A stretch of DNA of 64,000 nt from the human T2T-CHM13v2.0 reference genome, Homo sapiens. The stretch lies in the NCBI RefSeq assembly GCF_009914755.1, contig NC_060936.1. One strand, 5' to 3'. Both the position numbers and the translations under genes were made by a program. The notes under the pieces were generated by a model that saw only the letters and a program-made list of their open reading frames with translations, made no database searches and was not told where the DNA came from. Below are positions 43,603 to 64,000 of the stretch, piece by piece; the first letter of the stretch is position 1; each line of letters opens with the position of its first letter.

Positions 43603-43868
43603 CAGAATATGTTATAAATCTCCTACAAATCAAAATGAAGAGACCAAAAAATTTTACAGAATGAGCAAAAGATATGGACTGACCATTCACAGAAGAGATC
43701 ATACCAAACAACAACAACACAAAATGGTGCTCACCTTAGTAGTAATTAGGAAAATGCAAAATAAGGCAAAAAGTCAATGGCATTTTTGATCCTTTAGATT
43801 GTTACTAATAATGGCTTTCTGATAGAATCACAAATGTTGGCAACGTTTGACACTTCTTAGTGTTTTCC

Positions 43869-44003
43869 ATATATTAACTCATTTAATCCTCACAGTAACC
43901 CTATGATTAGGTGCTATATTGTCATCCATATTTTAAATATATTAACTCATTTAATCCTCACAGTAACCCTATGATTAGGTGCTATATTGTCATCCACATT
44001 TTA
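43869..44003. repeat. 68-bp tandem duplication within a minus-strand MIR
   Basis: Copies start at 43869 and 43937; one mismatch over 67 aligned bases. Confidence 0.92.
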
Positions 44004-44182
44004 CAGTTGAACTGAGGCACAATATGGCTTAGTAACTTATACTGAGGTCTCACAGCTAATAAGTGGCTCTAGAGTCAATGCTCTAACCATTTCATTACAT
44101 TGTGTATCAACTGGTAGCAACCTTTCTGGATGATAATTTCGCTGTAATAAAAACTTTTAAATAAATACACACTCAGACACAT

Positions 44183-44212
44183 GAACTGTCAATTCTTGAG
44201 AATTGACAGTTC
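44183..44212. repeat. Perfect inverted repeat, 14-bp arms and 2-nt spacer
   Basis: gaactgtcaattct-tg-agaattgacagttc. Confidence 0.95.
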
Positions 44213-44582
44213 TGCTCTCTGGAATCAGAGGACTTAGGTTGGAGTATGAATCCACCTAATTACTGCCAAGTGCAAACAAGTCACTTCACTTCTCTGAGTT
44301 TCAGAATTTTTATGGTATTTATTTTTATAGATTTAGTGAGTACAAGTACAGGTTTGTTACTTAGATATTTGCATAATAATTTTCATTTTAAAATGAAAAT
44401 TCTATATGGTTGCATTGTGAAAATTAAAAGAGATTATATATTAGAAACACTTTGCAAATCAAAAACACTTTAAGACATTCTCTGATCTTACTGAATTTTT
44501 GTACTTTAAGAAAGCACTGGTGCTTGAGTTTTTGAATTTACTGAATAAAAATATTTCAGTGGAAAGCTAGTAGTCTTTCTGA

Positions 44583-44898
<316 letters not shown>

Positions 44899-46269
44899 AG
44901 TCTTTCTTAATTTGATGAGCCTGTAATTTAAAAAAATTAAAAAATCAGTTTTGGAGTTGGTCATCAGCATTTTCAGGACGAAATACTAAGCTAAGAATTC
45001 AGCAGGCACTGGGAGTGGCAGATGACAAAGAAATAGGACTCATAGTGCTTCCCCTTCCAAGTTTACCATTTCCTTGTGGTTACACAACATGCACACAGGC
45101 AAGAGCTTAACATTTACAAAATAGTAGAGATGCTGTGGGGGTTCAGTGCGAACAAAACACATACAGCAAAGTCCTTGAAAGCAGAAGGCTTTTGGTGTCC
45201 AATAAGACCTAATTCATAATCCTGGCTTCTTCAGTTTCATAAACTAGAAATCACACTACCTACCAGGAAGGATTATCCTCAAAATCAAATTAGTGTAAAT
45301 AAAATGGTTAGCACATACAGTATCTGGCATGAAGTTAAGAGCTTCTGCTATTATTGGCTGCAAAGAGAAGTCAGAGAGAAGAGTGAGCACAGTTCAGAAC
45401 ATCAGGCAGTAATTTAGTAAAGTGTAGTGTGAGAAAACATTTTCTAAAAGAAATATGTTTCACACAGGCCTTAAAAGAGAAAAAGAAGAAATGACATTTC
45501 CAAAATACTTGCTTTTAGCATGGGAGTCTTTACATGCTGGGACACATTAATCTGAGAGTGCGGTAACACACCAGTAGCCAAAATTTAAAAAGAATAGGAA
45601 TTTTGATGATGAATATAGGAAAAGTAAGTTGCACTGTTTCAGCTATCAATTTATATCTACATACCAGTGCATAATGTTATCAAATTCATCACACTTTCAA
45701 AAAAAGAATGATAACCTCTCTGATTAAAAAAAAATCAGATTTTCACAGAAAAGGCAACATGGATGCTTTCTACTATTAAATTGAAGTATTTTCTATCTAG
45801 AGGTAAAGCAGCAAGCAGAACTTCAGAGCAACTTAAATTCAAAGTTGCCTTTAAAAAAAAAACTAATTGACTTTATTTTTTGAGCAATTTTAGGTTTACA
45901 GAAAAATTGAGTGGAAAGGACCAAGTTCCCATATACCCCCTCAACGTTCTAGTTCCTCCTATAATTAATATCTTTCATTAGTGATACATTTGTTACAACT
46001 GATAAAACAATATTAATACATTATTTTTAACTTAAGTCCATAATTTACATTAGTGTTAATTCTTTGTATTGTACAGGCATACATCATTTTTTGTACTTCG
46101 CTTTATTGTGCTCCACAGATATCGTATTTTTTACAAATTGAGGGTTTCTGGCCACCCTGTGTCAAGCAAGTCTATTGGCACCATTTTTCCAATAGCATGT
46201 GCTCACTTCATGTCTCTGTGTCAGGTTTTGGTAATTCTTCCAATATTTTAAAGCTTTTTCATTATTATT

Positions 46270-47248
46270 TTTTTGAGAGTTTGTATTATTTTAATTATTT
46301 TCACATGCAGAAAACTCAACAGCATATATTTAATCCAGTTTGGTGGCAAGTTCTTTAGCCTTTGCCTTTTCCAGCATGGCAATGTGAACCACAGATTTGG
46401 GACCCAGCACATTGCCTTCCCCGCGATGGTGTCCAATAAGACCTAATTCATAATCCTGGCTTCTTCAGTTTCATAAACTAGAAATCACACTACCTACCAG
46501 GAAGGATTATCCTCAAAATCATCATATTTGTCATTGACTTTCATCATATTTGTCATTGTAATTGGTCCTGATAGCTTCCACCAGCTGAGCCAAAGCTCGT
46601 TTGTCTTCCGAGTTAACGTGTGTGAAGGCGACAGTGGTGCAGGTCTTCCTGTGGACTAAACATCCCAGTCTTGCCTTCCACTTGATAATGCAGTCAGGGA
46701 CCCCCATTTTATGACACAGAGCAGGCCAGAAGACAACCAGCTCGATGGGATCCAAGTCGTTTGCAGTCACCACCAGCTGAGCCTTCTTGTTCTCCACCAA
46801 GGTAGTGATGGTCTTAACTCCTGCTCAAAGGACAGGTGGTCTCTTAATGGGGATGTCCCCTTTGCCAGCAGCTTTCTTCTTAGCCTGGGCCAACAGCCCC
46901 TGTTTCTTCTCTTGCTTCACCTCTGGTCTGTACCCGTGGGCTAGCTTAAGCAGTTGTGTAGCTGTTTGGCAGTCCAAGGCCTGGGTGAACTGGTTAATCA
47001 CAGGAGGCACTTTTAGCGGGTTATAGAGGATAGCTCTTTGCCACTGCAAACTGATACAGCCGGGCCATTTGATAAAGGGGGTGAGGTCTCTTTTAGGCTG
47101 GATGTCCTGTCCCATGCCTTTGAGGCTGGATGTCCTGTCCAAAGATTCACACCTTTCTTGGCCTCCTGCTTCTTCCCAACAGCAGGGTCTGGAGCCACCT
47201 TCCTCCCCTTGGCCTTCTTTCATTCTGGCATCTTGAGCACTGGAAGGA
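46270..47248 (-). pseudogene. RPL7A: RPL7A processed pseudogene
   Basis: ATG at 47231, TAA at 46332-46330; peptides [26 protein letters not shown] and [10 protein letters not shown]...EAIRTNYND; intronless, short poly(A), 12-bp TSD ttcattattatt (46258-46269 / 47249-47260); stops and indels. Confidence 0.96.
46427..46521 (+). repeat. 95-bp exact copy of 45193-45287 inserted in the RPL7A pseudogene
   Basis: tggtgtccaataagacc...gattatcctcaaaatca is identical at both sites by eye comparison. Confidence 0.95.
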
Positions 47249-47812
47249 TTCATTATTATTATATGTGTTACAGCGATCTGTGATCAGTGATCTTTGATGT
47301 TATTATTGTAATTCTTTGAGGGCTGCCACAAACCACATCAATATAAGACTGCAGATTCAATCAGTAAATGTGTGTTCTGACAGTTCCACTGACTGGTCAT
47401 TCTGCCACATCTGTCCCTCTCTTCAGACCTCACTATTCCCTGAGACACAGTAATATTGAAATTAGCCCAGTTGATAACCCTAAAATGGCTTCTAAGCATT
47501 CAAGGGAAAGAATGAGTCACATATCTCTCATTTTAAATCAAGAGCTAAAAATGCTTATGTTTAGTGAGGAAGGCATGTTGGAAGTGAAGACAGGCCAAAT
47601 GTTAAGCCTCCTGCACCAAATGGTTAGCCAAGTTATTAATGCAAAGAAAAAGTTCTTGAAGGAAATTGAAAGCACTACTCCAGTGAACCTACAAATAGAA
47701 AGTGAAACAGTCTTATTGCTTCAAATAAGCCTTATTGCTTATATAGAGAAAGTTTTAATGATCTGGCTAAAAAATCAAACCAGCCATAACACTATCTTAA
47801 ACCAAAGGCTAA

Positions 47813-48337
<525 letters not shown>

Positions 48338-49543
48338 AACAGATTTTCAATGTAGATGAAACAGCTTTCTATTGGAAGAAGATGTCATCTAGCACTTTCA
48401 TAGCCAGAGAGGAGAAGTCAATCCCTAGCTTCAAGACTTCAAAGGACAGGCTGACTCTCTTGTTAGGGACTAATGCAGCTGGTGGCTTTAAGTTGGAGTC
48501 AACATTCATCTATGATTTCAAAAATCCTAGGGCCCTTAAAAATTATACTAAGTTGACTCTGCCTGTGTTCTGTAAATGGGACAAGAAAGTCTGGATGACA
48601 GCACAGTGGTTTACAGCATGGTTTACTGAATATTTTAGCCCACTGTTGAGACCTACTAGTCAGAAGAAAGGTTCTTTACACAATATTACTGCTCATTGAT
48701 AATGCACCTGATCACCCAAAAGCACTGGTGAAGATATACAAGGAGATTAATGTTTTTATGCCTGTTTACACAAGATTCATTCTGAAGCCCTGGATCAAGG
48801 AGTAATTTTGACTTTTAAGTCTTATTATTTAAGAAATACATTTTGTAAGGCTATAGCTGCCATAGATAGTAATTTCTCAGATGAATCTAGGCAAAGTAAA
48901 TTGAAAATCTTCTGGAAAGGATTCACCATTCTAGATGCCATTAAGGATATTCATGACTCATGGGAGGAGGTCAAAATATTAACATTGACAGGACTTTGGA
49001 TGATTTTCAGGGGTTTAAGGTTTCAGTGGGGGAGGTTACTGCAGATAAGGTAGAAATAGCAAAAGTACTAAAATTTGAAGTGGAGCCTGAAGATGTGACT
49101 GAATTGCTGCAATCTCATAATAAAAATTTGATGGATGAAGAGTTGCTTCTTATGGATAAGTAAAGACAGTGAAGATGCTGTGAGTACTGTTGAAAAGACA
49201 ACAAAGGATTTCTAATATTACATAAACTTAGTTGATAAAGTAGCAGCAGGGTTGAGATAATTGACTTCAACTTTGAAAGAAGTTTTACTGTGGATAAAAA
49301 ACTATTGAATAGCATTACAAGGTACAGAGAAATCTTTCATGAAAGGAAAAGTCATTGTGGCAAACTTCATTTTTGTCTTATTTTAGGTAATTGCTAAAGC
49401 CACCCTAACCTTCCGCAGCCACCAGTGTGATCAGTTGGCAGCCCTCAACATCAAGGCAAGACCCTCCACCAGCAGAAGGATCATAACATACTGAAGGGTC
49501 AGAGGATTGTTGACATTTTTTAGCAATAGAGTTTTATTTCTTT

Positions 49544-55691
<6,148 letters not shown>

Positions 55692-55701
55692 TTATTTCTT
55701 T

Positions 55702-55874
55702 CTTTATTTGTTTGTTATTGTTTTTGCTTTACAGATGAAGTCTTACTATGTTGCCCAGGTTGGTGCAGTGGCTATTCACAGGTGCAATCATAGCACATTG
55801 CATACTTGAACTCCTTGACTTCAAGCAATTTTCTGGAGCAACTGGGATTACAGGTATGTATCACTATGCCCAGC
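55702..55874 (-). mobile_element. FAM monomer whose tail hosts the L1
   Basis: gcagtggctattcacaggtgcaatc 7SL remnant; agcaata flanks at ~49522 and ~55872. Confidence 0.75.
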
Positions 55875-55964
55875 AATAAAATATTTTAAAATTAAGTTAT
55901 GTATATTTTTTTAGACATAATGCTATTACACATTTGATAGGCAATAGTATAGTGTAAAAATCAT

Positions 55965-56747
<783 letters not shown>

Positions 56748-56876
56748 TGACTTACTTTATTACAATATTCACCTTATTATAGTGCTCTGGAACCTAACCC
56801 ACAATATCTGTGACGTATTCCTGTACCTTGCATGAGTTTTGACAAATGTCCGATTACATGTATCCACATTACAGTG

Positions 56877-57342
56877 TGTGAAAGGAAAACAAATCTTGGG
56901 GTCTGAAAATGACTAAGCTAAAGGGAAAAGTCAAGCTGGGAACTGCTTAGAGCCAACCTGCCTCCCATTCTACTCAAAGTCACCCCTCTGCTCACTGAGA
57001 TAAATGCATATCTGATCTCCTCCTTTGGAGAGGCTAATCAGAAACTCAAAAGAATGTAACGTTTTGTCTCTTATCTACCTATGACCTGGAAGTCCCCCCC
57101 GGCTTTGAGTTGTCCTGCCTTTGCTTCAAGTTGTCCTGCCTTTCTCAGACAAGTTCATCTTACATATGTTGATTTACGTCTCATGTCTCCCTAAAATGTA
57201 TAAAACCAGACTGTGCTCTGACCACCTTGGGTACATGTCCTCAGGACCTCCTGAGTCTGGTGTCAAAGGTGCACGTCCTCAACCTTGGCAAAATAAACTT
57301 TCTAAATTAACTGAGACTTGTCTCAGATATTCGGGGTTCACA
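56877..57342 (+). mobile_element. MER4A-like ERV1 solo LTR
   Basis: tgtgaaaggaaaacaaatcttgggg...gggaaaagtcaagctgggaactgc...gggttcaca; aataaa near the 3' end. Confidence 0.85.
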
Positions 57343-58511
57343 GTGTCATATGGTACAGTTCTACTGCCTTAAAAATCCCTTTTACTGCATCTACTTATCC
57401 TTCCCTTCTTTTCCCTGAACCCCTGTTAACTACTCATCTTTTTAAACTGTCTATAGTTTTGCCTTTTCCAGAAAGCTAGAATTTTAGAAGAAAAATATTT
57501 GTAAATCACATCTTTGTTGAGAAACCCATGTAGCCAGCTACTACAAACAAACAAAAAACACTGAAATATAGGAAATTTGCTTCATAAATAGTAAAAGGGA
57601 GATGTCACTTAATATCAATATCATCACAAAGAGCAGTAAGTGAAACTACTGATGTGGAGAGTATTGAATGAAATTACTTATGTGCAGAAAACAAAGCAAA
57701 TATTGACATCTGTGTGGCACATATATGATAGAGAAAGCCTTGACAATTTTATTTTGCTATCACAGAAATCTATGCCATTAGTGGAGAGATTTCCATTTTG
57801 TTATGGAAGGTGCCTTTCAATATCTTCCTGATGCAAGAGGTTTACCAGTGGAATAGAATAGGTTTCCCAGGGCAGAACACACATAGTTTCTTATTGGAAA
57901 TCACAGCCACACTCCCAGTTTTTCCCATTCTCAATGCCTTGTTGGAATGGAAATGGAAATGAAAATAAGAGGACAGAAAAAAAGACAATTGAAAGTGGCC
58001 AATCAGATTTCCAAAGGAACCAAATAGGGGTTTAGAAATGTAGATATAATAATTAATATTAAAAACCCAGTGTATGGATTAAATAGTAAATTATACATAG
58101 CTGAGGAAAGAGGGATGGACCTAGAAAATACATCTAGAAGAATAACATACAGTATAGCACAAAAAAGACAAAGACATGAAATACAGTTAAAGAGATCTTA
58201 AGAGATGTGAAGGATAGAGTGAGAAGACCTTGTGTATGTTTCATTCAAGGGTCCAGAAAGTTTAGGGAGAATGAGAAAGTTGTGGATTGATTTTTGTTTA
58301 TCTTACTTATGATCTTTTGGCTTCCTTAATCTAAGCATTGTATGTCTTGCAATAATTCATGAAAATTATCATCCATTATCTTTTCAAATATTGCCTCTGT
58401 TGGTAGTAATTTTCTCCAGTGTTTATTTGTTGGAAATATTTTCTTCTTTTTTCTTTTCCCTTTCCCTTGAAAGACAGTTTCACTGAAATATAAAATTCAA
58501 CATTTGACGGT

Positions 58512-58858
58512 TGATACGGTTTGGCTGTGTCTCCACCCAAATCTCACATTGAGCTGTGGTTCCCATAATCCCCACATGTCATGGGAGGTAATTGAATTAT
58601 GGAGACAGGTTTTTTCCATACTGTTCTTGTGATAGTGAATAAGTCTCATGAGATCTGATGGATTTATAAAGGGCAGTTCCCTGCACACACTCTCTTGCCT
58701 GCCACCATGTAAGACATGTCTTTGCTCCTCCTTCACCTTCCACCATGATTGTGAGGCCTCCCCAGCTATGTGGAACTGCGAGTCCATTAAAGCTTTTTTT
58801 TTGTAAATTACCCAGTCTCAGGTATTTCTTCATAGCAGTATGAAAATGGATTAATATA
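58512..58858 (+). mobile_element. THE1 (MaLR) solo LTR
   Basis: tgatacggtttggctgtgtc...aaatggattaatata. Confidence 0.9.
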
Positions 58859-59149
58859 GCAGTTATTTCTTCTCAGCATTTTGTAGGTGTCATTCCAGTA
58901 TCTTGTTTCCATTATTGCTCTCTGGAGCAGCTGCTAGTCTTAAGTGTCACTCATTTGTAGGTGAACTGGACTTTCTTTCCTCTACTTTCAATATCATATT
59001 TTCGTGATGATATTACAAAAGAAACTCACTAAAGAAACAGGGGAGGAAAGTGATCTCAGAAATTTCTGTGTTGTGAGAGGAATGGTGAGCAAAGAAAAAA
59101 GTAAACATAATTAAAGCAAAAAAAAAAAAAATCAAATGTCTAATTGTTG

Positions 59150-61620
<2,471 letters not shown>

Positions 61621-61799
61621 GAATCTGGAAACATCTTAAATATTAATTGAGAGTCAAATAAATAAATTACAGTACACTAGGATGTTGTAGAGAAATTTTT
61701 AAAAATAAACTACAGCCTTAGGTATGAGTAAAACTTTCAAAAAATGATGTTAATTTTAAAAATATAATGTTATGGTAAAATACACCCAGAGTTTTGTCA

Positions 61800-62043
<244 letters not shown>

Positions 62044-63343
62044 TGATGTTTATGTACTTGAATTTACCATTCTTTTGTCTTTATTTTCTCTAAGCATTTT
62101 TCCTTTATACTTCAAATTGTTGAATCTGGAATTGTTGGCTGTTCTTTTCATTGATTTAATTATAAAACCACTGCACATGATTCTTTGAAAATTTAATTGT
62201 GTGTATTGCCTAGAATAGTGTCATGTACATAAGGCACTGAGTAAGTATTACTAAAAAAAAAAAAACTCTTTCAAATTCATATTCCAGTTTTACTCTTTTC
62301 CATTTGAGGTTGTCTGAATATTTTTTTAACTCAAAACTTAAAATCAAATTTGCTTTGGCGCATCTCACTAGTGAATAAAGCTAATGCAGAATGAAGTTTT
62401 AATCACAACAAATTTTATATAATTCTTAACATTTCATTAGCAGGTTTCAAGCATTAAAAATAAGTCCCTGGTAGAGTAGTAGTTGCTTCCTGAAAAGTTG
62501 AGAGATAACAACAGACATTTGAACCTTTGTATTTGAAAAAAACTCTTTTGTTCAGTCCAGAAGCTCTAAAGTTTCCAGGTACCAATCAAAAGGGGTGTTT
62601 TCCATCCCTGAATGACAGCTGAATACATGTCATTCACAACAAAAGGAGAGTTTCAATGTGTTCAGGCAGGAGATTAAACAGCCTTTTCAGAAATGAACAG
62701 AAGTGCCTACAATTTGGAGGTCAATTAATTTAATCTGTTACCAGAAGTCTGCTTTCTTTCTTGTTTTCTATTTTAAGCCATATTCCACAACAATTTTGAC
62801 AAGAATAACTAAAGTCAGCCATTTTTTTCTGTACCCTTGACTGTATGTCTTAATTCCTATAATTACTCTTATAAAAATCCATGGTTTGCTATTCTCAGCT
62901 GCATAAGAAGTTAGTGATATTATTTCTTAGAGTTTTGCTGTTAAAATTAAGTGAATACACTAAATGCATGTAGTTATAAAAAATATCTTCCAGGCAATAA
63001 GACTTACAAGTAAAACTATAAGGGAACTGTGCATAAGATATAACTAAAAACTAAGTAATGAAAGACATTTTCCAAATTGTTATAGGGAATCAGTGTAGAA
63101 CGGAATGAGGAAGTGGAACTATGATTTCTAAGCCGATGCTCTACAAAATATTTTTCAATTCAAGAGGACTTCATGGAAAGAATCGGACTCAGTCTATGTA
63201 AAGGGATAGTTGACATTTGCGCACATAGATACAAGTGAAAACTTCAACCTGGAGTATAACCAAAAAGTACAAAGTGTGATGCTTTATGTGTGATTGAAGG
63301 AGGAAGAGGAATGCTGGCTGGGGACTATAAAAAAATGTTATTA

Positions 63344-63638
63344 GGCTGGGCGCAGTGACTCACGCCTGTAATCCCAGCACTTTGGAAGGCCGAGGCGGGC
63401 GGATTCCGAGGTCAGGAGATCGAGACCATCCTGGCCAACATGGTAAAACCCTGTCTCTACTGAAAATACAAGAATTAGCTGGGTGTGATGGTGCGTGCCT
63501 GTAATCCCAGCTACTCAGGAGGCGGAGGCAGAAGAATCTCTTGAAACTGGGAGGTAGAGGTTGCATTGAGCCGAGATCACGCCATTGCACTCCAGCCTGG
63601 GCGACAGGGCGAGACTTCATCTCAAAAAAAAAAAAAAA
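63344..63638 (+). mobile_element. AluSc-like element
   Basis: gagatcgagaccatcctggccaac; aaaaaatgtta on both flanks. Confidence 0.93.
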
Positions 63639-64000
63639 ATGTTACTGATGAATCATGGGTGCTTGTTAGACAGAACAGGAGAGGCTGACAGGAAACAATA
63701 GTTACCCAAAGCCTTGAGGTCAAAACCAATATTAGAATCTGAACTGTCTGACCCAATTGGATGATATCTGGGGAGACAAATCTGATTATGTCATACGCAA
63801 GCCTAAACTTCTTTTATAATTCATCACTATCTTAAGATAAATTACAAACCCCTTAACAAAGTCCTGTAGGGCCCTCTATGTTACGGACACAAGTTTCCTT
63901 TCCATATATATTCATCTTCTAATTTTAAGAAAACCTACACTGCAGCCATTCCAAACTTACCCAATGACTTTTCCATGCTATGTTCTTTTATTCCTTCATA

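Overview
Primate (most likely human) genomic DNA, heavily repeat-derived. The only host protein-coding sequence is coding exon 1 of KIF21A (kinesin-4 family; 44 nt, MLGAPDESSVRVAVR, minus strand, 22856-22813) in a CpG island (~22.2-23.6 kb). The ORF track misses it. Bases 1-22812 are KIF21A intron 1 and 23.6-64 kb is upstream DNA. The upstream DNA holds a decayed ANKRD39 retrocopy, an MLT1A MaLR provirus and a full-length Tigger1 carrying nested insertions (RPL7A processed pseudogene, Alus, a FAM monomer and a dead full-length L1PA3/4-type LINE-1). The most notable signal is in the KIF21A 5' leader. A strong-context, TISU/YY1-like upstream AUG opens a 7-codon uORF whose stop overlaps a 5' splice site of the same phase as the canonical donor, and the sequence around this uAUG is the reverse complement of the sequence around the main AUG (11 bp perfect, 15 bp with one bulge). 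This is a candidate coupled uORF / alternative-N-terminus / RNA-structure switch; it is an inference and untested. Second, 43.8-47.2 kb holds a cluster of young template-switch scars, including a perfect 95-bp locally templated insertion with microhomology junctions inside the RPL7A pseudogene. Gene and repeat-subfamily names come from recalled sequences, not database searches, and boundaries of old repeats are approximate.
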